A DNA stretch of 64,000 bases, from assembly GCA_964016885.1 (NCBI GenBank), contig OZ024743.1:95108001-95172000 (forward strand), read 5' to 3'. Position numbers and translations under genes: made by a program. Below, piece after piece: positions 27,966-40,748 of the stretch. Each line of letters starts with the position of its first letter. Positions within the stretch are counted from its first letter, which is position 1. Under the pieces are notes generated by a model that was given only the letters and a program-made list of their open reading frames with translations, searched no databases and was not told where the DNA came from. This stretch comes from Eledone cirrhosa. Lineage: Eukaryota.

Positions 27966-28451
27966 TAATATTGCCAGAATTAATAACAGAACACACTCAC
28001 TGTTTGGTTGGTTTTCGCTTCTGTATCTTTTATATCAATTAATTTAATTTATTCGGTCCACAATGTTACCATTGACTGACCATCGGTCAAAAATAGAGAT
28101 ATAATATAGACACAAACACATATATAGTCTAACAAAGTTCTTTCGTTGCACATCTGCAACATCATCAGTGGTGCTATTATGTTTCCTCCTGTTGTATTGT
28201 ATGGCGTAGACATACAATACAACAGGGAGGAAACATAATAGCACCACTGATGATGTTGCAGATGTGCAACGAAAGAATTTTGTTAGACTATATATATGTG
28301 TTTGTGTCTATATTATATCTGTATTTTTGACTGATGCTCAGTCAATGGTAACATTGTGGACCGAATAAATTAAATTAATTGATATAAAAGATACAGAAGC
28401 GAAAACAACCAAACAGTGAGTGTGTTCTGTTATTAATTCTGGCAATATTAT
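27966..28451. mobile_element. Large fold-back palindrome (~240-bp arms) with HHR-like motif on each arm (- 28131-28172, + 28243-28284)
   Basis: Centre gtattgtatg-gcgtaga-catacaatac. Motif CTGATGA-t-gttgca gatg tgcaac-GAAA-gaa(c/t)-TT; stem I is weak. Confidence 0.7.
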
Positions 28452-28938
28452 ATGACCCTCCCAAGTATAAAATATAATTTTATAATTTCATACTTTTATA
28501 CTTCACTATACCATATACATTCAACTATCAATTTGACAATCCCTTTCTTCCTAATAGATTTTTTATAGCAATTCTATTATTAACACCATTCAACCATTCC
28601 TTTCAAAGGGTCATAACCTCAACTAAAGTGAATTATTTTTCATCTTAACATCATATGGAAAAAAACAATCTGATTGGTTAGCTCTTCAGCTACCTCCAAT
28701 TAAGGTCATAGAACTAAACATAATACTAATTTACTACTAATTTTGAATAAAATTATTATTGCTTTTGACAACAGCTGGTGATAGGCATGTAAGTAAATAT
28801 TCTCCTTATGTGATATTTTGTAACTGACCTTACATATATCGATAACGAGGTATAGTTACGATGTATTATCATCACCTAGAAACGATTGTAAAGCAGTGAA
28901 GTATATTTCTAATGACTTGATTTTTTATTTCATTGTTT

Positions 28939-29014
<76 letters not shown>

Positions 29015-29138
29015 GTATATATACATATATATATATTTATGCATATATACATACACACACACACACACCCACACATATATATATTTATGTATAGTGACGA
29101 AACATAAGTCAATTGCATGAACACATAATCCTTTATTT

Positions 29139-29194
29139 ACTGCTATATATATTTCGATGATAGCCATTGAATGGCTATGACCTCATCAGGCAGT
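29139..29194 (-). ncRNA. Type I minimal hammerhead ribozyme
   Basis: Minus strand: actgc-CTGATGA-ggtc atagccat tca atggctat catc-GAAA-t-atat-a-TA^gcagt. Perfect 5-bp stem I and canonical core. Confidence 0.85.
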
Positions 29195-29375
29195 TAGTCA
29201 GTTCTTAGATATGCAGCTCTGTGTGTATAGTGTTGATGGTATCAGAGCCTTGGGACATATATTTATGTATATATATATACACACACATTTATATATATAT
29301 ACGCACATATATATACACACACATATATATATATTTATGTATATATACATACATATATATATATATATATTGATG

Positions 29376-29470
<95 letters not shown>

Positions 29471-29515
29471 GTATACATATGTATATATATGTGTGTATGT
29501 GTATATAAATGTAAG

Positions 29516-29611
<96 letters not shown>

Positions 29612-29830
29612 AGGAATGATCGACTTTCGTCAAATCGGACCGAGGGAACAATGTTTCCGTTGGTCTTTCCAATTGCTAATACTATCTATCGGTCGCAACT
29701 CCAGGTAGAAGGAGCAACGTGAAATAAAGTATCTTGCTCAAGGACATAACGCATCGCCTGGTCCAGGAATCGAACTCACAACCTTACGATTGCGAATCCA
29801 ATTCTCTAACCACTCAGCCACACACCTTCA
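29612..29830 (-). mobile_element. Second tRNA-derived SINE family (also 23490-23605 -, 51212-51470 +, ~46390-46570 -)
   Basis: Minus strand: tggctgagtggttagag (A box), gttcgattcc (B box), tgtccttgagcaagatactttatttcacgttg core. Confidence 0.75.
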
Positions 29831-30104
29831 CTATATATATATATACGCATGCCTGCAATCGCGCCGGTGTGTGTGTTTACGTCACTGTCAGTGACTGGTA
29901 GATATCGAGTGGATTAGTTTATCCGTTTGTTTGTCATTTTATATGTTTGTATGGCACTCCATGCTAACCCAACCTGAAGTTTCATTTTAATATCTTTACA
30001 TTGAAGTATCCGCTTCTTAGATGGTTTGTTATACATAAATTCATACATACATACATACATACATACATACATACATACATACATACATACATACATACAT
30101 ACAT

Positions 30105-30748
30105 GGTGGCTGCCAACTCGTTTTCGAGTACGGCCACTATTTTATATCCATGTAGGAGAACCCTACCGATGCGCTGAACTAGTGTGACTTTTAGTCCAGC
30201 CAGCGACTTGAAAACTCTGGTACAAACACTACACTTGTGACAATTATTGTGCTGGGCCTAGTGCTGGGCCCATGGCACCATGTGACCCGAGGTGTCGTGT
30301 GAGATCAGTACTCGACCTGCATACTCTTCCACAAACATCACATGTCGTCGTCTGATGAACACTTATAGCTCCACAGGTGCCTGCTTCCCTGTTCTTGTGC
30401 ACTCTCAGGTGACTCTTTAGACCTGCCATGCTCAAACAAACCCTATTACAGGTTTCACATGTCAGGTCAGGCCGTCTGTCAGGGCCTTCGAGAAGGCCAA
30501 CATGGATTCCTTTCCGGACATCTCTTTTTAGTGTCGCGTGCCTTCTTGTTTCCTCAAATAGACTCTTGCCACTAGCCACTGCTTTCCTCCACTGCGATCG
30601 GTCTTTAGCGCATGCTTCCCAGTGCTCACAAGGGATGTTACTTGTCGTGAGCGCCCCCTTGATGCAGTCCTTAAAACGTATCTTGGGTTTGCTCGCGTTC
30701 CTTTTTCCCATTTCGAGCTCGCCATAAAGCAGCTGCCATAAAGCAGAT
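30105..30748 (-). mobile_element. RTE-clade LINE 3' fragment with C-terminal C2H2 fingers and (ATGT)n tail
   Basis: QLLYGELEMGKR...PKIRFKDCIK...WEACAKDRSQWR...CETCNRVCLSMAGLKSHLRVH. Confidence 0.85.
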
Positions 30749-31124
30749 GCACATACATACATACATGCGTATGTGTGTGCGCGTAAGTATATATACATAT
30801 ATACACACTGAAACACACATACGGTCATACACAGACACAAGCACATACAGACACACACAGACAAACACTCACATACACACACACACTCAGACAAGCACCC
30901 ATAAAACATACAGACACACACTCAGACAAGCACCCATAACACATACAGACACACACAGACAAACACCCACATACACACACACATATATGCGTGTGTTAAC
31001 ATACATACACATCTATATATGTGTGTGTGTGTGTATGTGTGTATATATATATATATAAAGTGTTTCCGTAGGAAAGGTAAAAGAAAAGAGAGTGCTCTAT
31101 GTAGACAACAGAGCGTTTTAGTTA

Positions 31125-31340
31125 TGTAATAAACAACATAATATAATTATTTCATTTACCAAAGGTTTCACGAAAAGAGGCGAGCCTGACACAGACGTCT
31201 GAAATCGCTCGTCAGAATGAACATTTATTTAAAATGCTTTTTAAATAAATTTTCATTCTGACGAACGATGTGTCAGGCTCGCCTCTTTTCGTGAAACCTT
31301 TGGTAAATGAAATAATTATATTATGTTGTTTATTACATAA
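31125..31340. mobile_element. Fold-back element with complete HHRs on both arms
   Basis: Arms ~31125-31232 / ~31240-31339; related to the 25120-25341 family. Confidence 0.75.
31251..31312 (+). ncRNA. Type I hammerhead ribozyme (mirror on - strand 31150-31221)
   Basis: tttcatt-CTGACGA-acga...tcgt-GAAA-cc ttt gg-TA^aatgaaa. Perfect 7-bp stem I; GUA site after 31305. Confidence 0.85.
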
Positions 31341-31884
31341 ATATATATTTATATACTTCGTTTTCGTATTTGTTTTGCTAGATTCATTGTGTGGAACCGT
31401 GTGTTGAATCATATATTGTTATACCTTGGGAATTTACTACGATTTTATATTTACTGTTAGTGAGATAACTAATCTATTCTTCGGTTAGTTGTTAATTGTG
31501 AAAGTACTTTCGTCACATATGTGACTTTCTCAGTTACTATTTCGGACATTAGTGCCCCCATCCCCTCGCTTTCATTGTGTTCTAGTTATTCTATCTTCGG
31601 GTTTTTCATGATGAAATAATTAGAACAGTCTCAAAGTGAGGTGGAGAAAGAAAAATAAACGTCGAGAAGGTTAGTAAAGCATCCGATGAAGGAATGATAT
31701 ATCCCACTAGTAATCTAAGTAAAACTCAATTGATACATATGTTTTCATTGTCAGCCTGACCCTCCCAAAGTATATATATATAAACACACGCACACACACT
31801 CACATAAACACATACACCCACACCCACACACACCCACACACACATACACACACACACACACACATATATATATACATTTATATA

Positions 31885-31920
<36 letters not shown>

Positions 31921-32010
31921 TAAATGTATATATATATATTTATATGTATATATGTATATAGAGTTATGTATAAACATACACGTGCATTACATATATATAT
32001 ACAGATATGC

Positions 32011-32086
<76 letters not shown>

Positions 32087-32164
32087 ATATATATATAATA
32101 TATATTATATATATATATTATATATATATATATTATATATATATATATATATTATATATATATA

Positions 32165-32296
<132 letters not shown>

Positions 32297-32359
32297 ATAT
32301 AATATATATATATATATATTGTTATACTTTGGGAGGGTCATCTTGCAAATTCAGAAACG

Positions 32360-32542
<183 letters not shown>

Positions 32543-32660
32543 AATACGAAGACCAAAATCTGAAGAGGGCTCGATAAGGATTGTATGTATATTTATATAT
32601 GTGCGTGTGTGTATGTATATAGACCTGTAGAGCAAATATTCATTATTAGTACAGATTATA

Positions 32661-32758
32661 GTTTAAGCAAAGAATTTTTGCTTTCACCCTATTACGGGTC
32701 TTCTGAAGGTTTCAGAAGATTCCGTAATTGGGTGAAAGCAGAAAATCTTTGCTTAAAC
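32661..32758. ncRNA. Back-to-back hammerhead-like motifs with CAGAAGA core (- 32661-32708, + 32709-32758)
   Basis: gttt-CAGAAGA-t tcc gtaatt ggg t-GAAA-gca...tgc-TT^aaac. Confidence 0.6.
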
Positions 32759-32885
32759 ATATAAATAACATTTACACAGATTACAGTTTAAGCAAAGGTT
32801 TTCTGCTTTCACCCAATTATATATATATATGTATCTGTTTGTGTGTGTGTATATGTGTGTGTATATGTGTGTGTATGTATATATA

Positions 32886-32986
32886 CAGGGTGTCCTCCAA
32901 AAACGTATACACACTTTAACAACACTCTAATAAATATTGCCTGTACAGGTAATCAAAGTGTGAATGTATTTTTTGGGGACACCCTG
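32886..32986. mobile_element. Tc1/mariner-like MITE, ~100 bp (also 47428-47526; degenerate ~35346-35449)
   Basis: TIR cagggtgtcc...ggacaccctg, flanked by TA. Confidence 0.75.
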
Positions 32987-34035
32987 TACACACACACACA
33001 TACACACACACACACACATACACACACACACACACATATATATAAATATATATATATATATGGGGAGAGAGAAAGAGAGATAGGTACAATTTGAGATGAT
33101 GTAAGAATAAGAGAATAAGGTTATGTTGAGCATGCATTGTTATTCATTAATAAATAGATTCGTAAAACAGTGAGAATGTTATAAATAATAGTATGAACAT
33201 CCCTGATATGTAAACAACAAAGCAATTGTTACATATTCCAATCTGCCGTTGAACAGCCAATGGTTATGGAGAATATTTTAGTGCAGCCTCACCGCCATTA
33301 AATAGTTGCTGTTCAGTAAATACCATATAGATTGTCCAACTCGAGGCAGCTACTATTAAATTATAGGCAAATAAAAACGGTGTTGTATGTTTTATCTTTT
33401 GTTAGTTACAGAATTTTGTCTGTTATAATTTTTATTCCAATCCTATCAATTCTGTTTTAGAACATTCTCAAACAAAGATTGTTTATACAAAATGAATATT
33501 ATCGTGTTTCCTTTAAAATGTACGTTATATACATGATATTGTATTTTATACTCCATGTTAATATTACATACAACGATACTTTTTGTAGTATTAACAGTTT
33601 ACTAGGCAGCCCATTTTTATACAAATCGTAAAGTGAAATATTTGAAAATGTATAAAATATTCATTAAATGAAATATATATATAATGCTTAAAGAGCTTAG
33701 TTTCGAGTCTTTTACCCAATTTTTATATTGGAGACTCGCAATTAGAACCATTTTGTTGATAAAAGACAGGCAAAATCTGTGATGTGAAAAGAGTGAGTTT
33801 ATAGAAAAAATGTCTCGAAATATTTTGTATTTAGAAAAACGCACATTAACACGTGTCTAGACAATGACGTGTACAATAACATCTACGGTAACACTGTAAC
33901 TAATATCATATAATTTCGTTTGTAAAATTGAACTTAAAGTTTACAAAAGTGCAAGAACCAGGGTAAAAGTGGTTGGGGATTTACTGATCCAATCTCAAAA
34001 GAAGGCGGAAATAATTTTGCAATAGTGAGAGGAAT

Positions 34036-34743
34036 TCAAGATATACCACAATCATTTTTACCGGGACGGCCAGATCGTTTGATCTTTGGTTTACTGCCCC
34101 TTCTAATTAAGCTTCGACTTCTAAGAAATTTTTTTTTCTCTTCGTCTGTTTCTCCTTGTTCATCTGCTGTGTGATCTAGTGACAAACGACGCTTCAAGAA
34201 CGGTTCCAACTGTCTAATAGATGGGATATTAGCCTGAATTAAAAGTATTCGGAAAATATCGTTAATACATTCCCCAGTCTTAGCAGAAACTTCAACAAAT
34301 TTTCCTTTGAGGCCGTCATTATTGACCCAGTCTAAAGCATCAAACTTTTCAATGATACGGTCATTTTCTAAATCCACTTTATTGCCAACAATGACCACAG
34401 GTATCTTTTCATAATCTCGTCTCTCTTCTTTAATTTGATCCCAAAGTTGTTTAACCTCTCTATATGAAGCTTCATTTGTTATGGTATACACCAACGTGAA
34501 AGCATGTGCCGTAGAAATGGATAATCGTCGCATGGCAGGAAATGGAATGTTTCCAGCAGTGTCTAAAATGTCAACTTTAATAAGGCTACCACTTATATCA
34601 TACTGCCGACAGAACAAATCTTCAACAGTTTCGTGGTATTCAGATGTAAAGGCTCCGAAAAGAAACCGTTTAATGATACTACTTTTGCCAACACCACCTG
34701 CTCCTAGAACCACAACACGGTGCCGTTGGTCTGTATCATTCAT
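34036..34743 (-). CDS. RASD1/2-like: Ras-family small GTPase, RASD (Dexras1/Rhes)/Di-Ras-like, 235 aa
   Basis: G1 GAGGVGKS, G2 YHETVED, G3 DTAG followed by the RASD-type N.PFPAMRRLSI, G4 NKVD, G5 EVSAK, basic tail and CAAX box CGIS. Uninterrupted ORF. Confidence 0.93.
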   Translation of the reverse strand: MNDTDQRHRVVVLGAGGVGKSSIIKRFLFGAFTSEYHETVEDLFCRQYDISGSLIKVDILDTAGNIPFPAMRRLSISTAHAFTLVYTITNEASYREVKQLWDQIKEERRDYEKIPVVIVGNKVDLENDRIIEKFDALDWVNNDGLKGKFVEVSAKTGECINDIFRILLIQANIPSIRQLEPFLKRRLSLDHTADEQGETDEEKKKFLRSRSLIRRGSKPKIKRSGRPGKNDCGIS

Positions 34744-34935
34744 ATTGGTAAATAGCTGTTCCTTTCAATACATCAAACCGTCAAGTATCGGATGACAACT
34801 CGATCCTTCAATTAGTAAATAATTATATCTTCTGCGTCATAAAATAATTACTTTGTTCCATTAAACTGTTGACGTAATGTTAAATCTTCTTTTTGATGTT
34901 TCAGTTTCTATTTATGATAGTCCAAACGCACAAAT

Positions 34936-34967
34936 CTGTTGGGAAACAAAACAAAGAAAATATTAGT
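34936..34967 (-). promoter_or_regulatory. 3' splice acceptor of a 5'-UTR intron of the GTPase gene
   Basis: Minus strand: ACTAAT (branch point) atttt ctttgttttgtttccc aa CAG|; the exon would start at 34935. Confidence 0.7.
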
Positions 34968-35502
34968 TTACTTGTCACCAAATTTAAATGAAAAAATATA
35001 ACTTCATTATATCAATATTATATTAATGTATTAAAGGTTCCGTTTTATAAAATATCTTATCATTCTATAGTATTTTTTACATTCATATAAATCATTTTAC
35101 ATATATTTTCCTACATTAAATTAATGATTTTAAGCTGAAAAATTCAACATGGAACACCATTTATTGCGTGTTTATCGCTGAGAGCGTGGCTCAAAAAATT
35201 ATTTCGTGTAATGGAAGGAAAGCAAATACACACACGGACATACACACACAAGCACACACGCACAAAAGCAAATACGCACATAAGCACACACACACAAACA
35301 CACATAGATACTACACTTATATAAATATATATATGTGTATATATAAGTACCCCAAAAATGTATGCACACTTCAACAGCATTCTAATATATATGTATATTG
35401 CCTGTACAGCTAATTAAAGTGAGATTGCATTTTTTGTGGAACATCCTGTATACACACACACACTCACACACACACATATATATATATGTATATATATGTA
35501 TA

Positions 35503-35941
<439 letters not shown>

Positions 35942-35964
35942 CCGATTCAACCCGGAATAACTTA

Positions 35965-35994
<30 letters not shown>

Positions 35995-35995
<1 letters not shown>

Positions 35996-36622
35996 AAGTT
36001 ATTCCGGGTTGAATCGGGGGTAACCACAGTAAGTAAGGTACTCAATACATAGCAGAGTATAACATTTTATAGTATAAGAGCTTCTACAGGACTAGAACTG
36101 TTTCATTCGTGAGAAATCACCAGGAAGCTGGCTGTCCAAGTAAATGGTTGTATTTATGTCTTTCCTTATCTGGTGGTAGGAGAGGGTGGGGATTGGGATG
36201 GGTGGAGGTCATTGGTTGAAGGATTTAAAGAAAGGGGATTCATTAAAAGCTAATTCTTTAGAAGCTAATTCTTTAAGGCTAAAATGAGGGTGACAAAAGC
36301 AGAAAAGGTTCCATCAACAGATTCAAGTGTTGGGGTGAACCCCTTATAGTGAAGTTTCTCGTAATATATATTCCAGGTGTCGACAAACACATTCACACAC
36401 GCGCCCACTTACACACATACACACACTTACACGCACGCACACGCAGGCAGGCACACACACAATAAGGTTTGTGAATGTGTTTGTCGACACCTGGAATATA
36501 TATATATATTAAGAGAAACTTCACTATAGGGGGTTTACCCCAACACTTGAATCTGTTTATAGAACCCTTTCTGCCTTTGTCACCCTCATTTTAGCCCTAA
36601 AGAATTAGCTTCTAAAGAATTT
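35995..36622. mobile_element. PLE-like 3' fragment with inverted arms (~36255-36396 / ~36470-36622)
   Basis: Arms are reverse-complementary around a CA-rich spacer; degenerate HHR at 36079-36129. Confidence 0.6.
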
Positions 36623-37040
36623 CCCTTTTCTCTAAACCATTGAACTTCTAGCTGAGGACACCAGAAGTCTCTACTGCCAAGGGTACAACTGCAAACCTGT
36701 CGGAGAGCGACCGGTATTTGAAGAGTTTGGCCTCCTCCCCAACGTGCAGCAGAACCTGGGTTAGTCGCAGACTGCACCAGGTTGCGGCTGGAGAAAGTGA
36801 AGGTAGGTTCTGATCGTGAAAGACAATGGATTCTTTTCTAACTAATCCTCACATAAGGCGCCCACAAGGTGTTTGGATGGAAATGATAATTCAATATATT
36901 TATCAGGATAAAGCAGAACAAAGACAGCTGACCAAAAGAATACATGTACACCCCCCCCCCCGAAACAGTCTTTAAAGAAAGTCTTTCTTTAAAGATTTTT
37001 TATATATGGACTGATTGCTCATATTGGACTCTGCCCCCAC

Positions 37041-37126
37041 CCCCCGATGACGTCATCTATTCCCGCCACCAAAAAACCGGCGATTCAGTCATGATCTGTT
37101 GAAACGGCAGGATCTCAACCGTCGGG
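37041..37126 (+). ncRNA. Hammerhead-like motif, CCGATGA core
   Basis: ccc-CCGATGA-cg tcat...atga tctgtt-GAAA-cgg caggatctcaa ccg-TC^ggg; resembles the 27628 family. Confidence 0.45.
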
Positions 37127-37661
37127 ATCCCGACTTTTTCATATATATATATATTGATTTAATTGAGTTCTTTACACGAGGAATTAATATTGGTTTTGAA
37201 ATAACTAATTAACCCGCGTGTGTTTTATATTTTACTCTTAATAATTCGGCCGGAGAATTATATTCCCATTTGCCCTTTATAGCATAACTTTCTGCATTTA
37301 CTGCGGTTATGAGAAGCGGTTCTTATTCGCGTACAACTTCTGATTTAGCCTAAGAAAATATCTAGATGCGTGTGTAATTTATACAAGCATATATTTATTT
37401 TTTTATTTTCAATTGAGTTCTTAAACACGTTGGATTGATGATGTTTTCAAAAAAACTAATTAACCCGCGTGTATATTATTTTTTTCCTCATTTTGTGAGT
37501 TGTCTCCCCTTCCCGCTTCGTGTCGCTATGATACTTCCTCAGTCAAAAACTGCTGGAATTTCAAATTTGGCGGTCATTCGAGGCGAGAAAGAGATACTAT
37601 ACGGACATGATTTTTGACAGCGGTAAGAAATTTGTTTTCTTATATCAATGTTTAATGGGCA

Positions 37662-37785
37662 TCCACTGATGATTTATAAGTGCCCACCTAAATATATTCT
37701 TACATGAATATATATTAGGCTTCTACATAAACTGGAAATATTCTCCCAAACTTGTAGAAAACTTATAATGAAACAATTGTTTGGA
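37662..37785 (+). ncRNA. Type I hammerhead ribozyme with branched stem II
   Basis: tcca-CTGATGA-t-ttataagt[cctaa atatattc/gaatatat ttagg; ttctaca/tgtagaa]acttataa-t-GAAA-c-aatt-g-TT^tgga; predicted cut after 37781. Confidence 0.75.
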
Positions 37786-38663
37786 AAGAGAGATATACTT
37801 TAACTTTAATTATATCTCATAAAATAATACAACTGGTTTTTCCACTTTATACATATTGTTAGCACCCCAAACACTTAAATTGGGTTTATATTTTAATATA
37901 ACCTAATGTTTGTTGAGTGAGATGGTTACCAGTCAGAGTTTAGCTTTAAACTATCTCTGTTATTGTATTAAATATTTACTCTTGATTGGCCAGAGGTGTT
38001 TATTTCCAGGTACCTTATGAATTTGACTTTCCGTATTTATTACTGTTGTGAAATATTGTGGATTTTTTTGGTTGTAACTTCTCTGTTTTTTAGCCTAGGA
38101 AAAAAAAAATATATGCCTACGTGTATAATTACATGCATATATGTATTTATTTTCTTTTATTAATTGAGTTCTTTACACGAGGAATTAATATTGGTTTTGA
38201 AATAACTAATTAACCCGCGTGTGTTTTATATTTTACTCTTAATAATTCGGCCGGAGAATTATATTCCCATTTGCCCTTTATAGCATAACTTTCTGCATTT
38301 ACTGCGGTTATGAGAAGCGGTTCTTATTCGGGTACAACTTCTGATTTCGCCTAAGAAAATATCTAGATGCGTGTGTAATTTATACAAGCATATATTTATT
38401 TTTTTATTTTCAATTGAGTTCTTAAACACGTTGGATTGATAATGTTTTCAAAAAAAACTAATTAACCCGCGTGTATATTATTTTTTTCCCCATTTCGTGA
38501 GTTGTCTCCCCTTCCCGCTTCGTGTCGCTATGATACTTCCTCAGTCAAAAACTGCTGGAATTTCAAATTTGGCGGTCATTCGAGGCGAGAAAGAGATACT
38601 ATACGGACATGATTTTTGACAGCGGTAAGAAATTTGTTTTCTTATATCAATGTTTAATGGGCA

Positions 38664-38787
38664 TCCACTGATGATTTATAAGTGCCCACCTAAATATATT
38701 CTTACATGAATATATATTAGGCTTCTACATAAACTGGAAACATTCTCCCAAACTTGTAGAAAACTTATAATGAAACAATTGTTTGGA
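38664..38787 (+). ncRNA. Type I hammerhead ribozyme with branched stem II (second unit)
   Basis: Same core and stems as 37662-37785; predicted cut after 38783. Confidence 0.75.
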
Positions 38788-38974
38788 AAGAGAGATATAC
38801 TTTAACTTTAATTATATCTCATAAAATAATACAACTGGTTTTTCCACTTTATACATATTGTTAGCACCCCAAACACTTAAATTGGGTTTATATTTTAATA
38901 TAACCTAATGTTTGTTGAGTGAGATGGTTACCAGTCAGAGTTTAGCTTTAAACTATCTCTGTTATTCTATTAAT

Positions 38975-39139
<165 letters not shown>

Positions 39140-39175
39140 ATATGTATGTATATATATATGTATATATACCAAATA

Positions 39176-39234
<59 letters not shown>

Positions 39235-39239
39235 ACACA

Positions 39240-39376
<137 letters not shown>

Positions 39377-39385
39377 ATATATATA

Positions 39386-40301
39386 TTTCGTTTCTGAATT
39401 TGTTTAGCAAGATTCTTTATCTGAAAACGTGTGTTGAAACCGATATTATTATACTTTGGGAGGGTCATGTTGCCACTAAGAAACACACGCACCAGCTATT
39501 TTCGCTTCAATTTATTATAAATTAAATTATAAATTAAAAAAAAATTATAAATTTCCGGTTGGTTGATTGGTTCCACAACCGGACGGTTGTTCATATATTG
39601 TCAAAGTTCTTTCGTCACACATTCTGTGACCTCATCAGTGACCGGGTATCTTTTCTCTGTTTTGTGCTTCTCCTTTGTTCTGTCCTATGCCATCTTGTTT
39701 TTGTGTGTGTTTAGTTTGCGCATGTGTTACATCATGGTGTCTGTCTGTGTTTTTATTTCTTTATTTATTTGTTTATTTATTTGTTTATTTACATGTTACC
39801 TCCATAAAAACACTTATTAGTAATACATACCCTTTTCAAAGACCTCCCTGTATAGATAAGAAATGCATAATCTGTAAACTAAGCCCCCACATTAACTGCA
39901 AAACTAGAAACACAGTATATAGCATAAGATGTACTGACGGACAATGTAAAGATAAGAATATAATGTCCATAGGTGAGACAGCTCGTAGCATAGGAGAACG
40001 ATTAAATGAACACTGGCGAGAACTCCAATATAGAAAAGACACATTAAGGGGAGATTAGAGAACATAGAAATAAAAATAAAATCTACACACAGAAAAGACG
40101 CAATGTTTAGACAAATCACAGAGGCAATAAATATAAATGAACTCCAACCAAAATTAAATAGAAAACATGAATGGAATAGCAACATCACAACTCACAATTA
40201 AGGACAACATGAAAACACACACACATAGAACAAACAACTAACCAGTAACATGTAAACTAGTGCGTGTGTTTCTTATCGGCAATATGACCCTCCCAAAGTA
40301 T

Positions 40302-40308
<7 letters not shown>
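39386..40308 (+). mobile_element. Penelope-like element (third family): GIY-YIG remnant with inverted terminal arms, in (TA)n
   Basis: 39820-40190 encodes C..C..C....NCKTRNTVYSIRC....C......IGETARSIGERLNEH...R.I.EA..I....PKLN. 39444-39495 is the reverse complement of 40257-40308. Related terminal pieces at 27888-27960, 32320-32362 and 44614-44763. Confidence 0.8.
39600..39642 (-). ncRNA. Minimal hammerhead ribozyme in the inverted PLE arm
   Basis: gtca-CTGATGA-g-gtcac agaatgt gtgac-GAAA-gaac-TT^tgac. Confidence 0.7.
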
Positions 40309-40365
<57 letters not shown>

Positions 40366-40656
40366 TTATGTGTATGAAGATTATAGAGAACAGAATAATG
40401 ATCTCAGTTTGAATATATAGAGACTAGAACATTAAAAGCAATAACTACAAATCAGATTAAAAATATTATTACTGTTAGTCAATATAATATTAAATCCCTT
40501 TCTATGATACACACTGAAGCATACAACTGTGGTATCTTATAAATATTTATTTGTGCAACCATTTTGAATTACTTCGTATACTTTCAAATATCGTCTAAAT
40601 CAACTACAACTCGAACAGTATAAGAACAAATTTCATGTACGACTCCATTAGGTGCT

Positions 40657-40748
<92 letters not shown>

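Larger units (their letters stand above)
37158..38966 (+). mobile_element. Non-coding ~1002-bp tandem repeat (1.8 units) with one hammerhead per unit; retrozyme-like
   Basis: 37158-~37963 is repeated near-identically at ~38160-38966; (TA)n on both flanks; no meaningful ORF. Confidence 0.85.
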
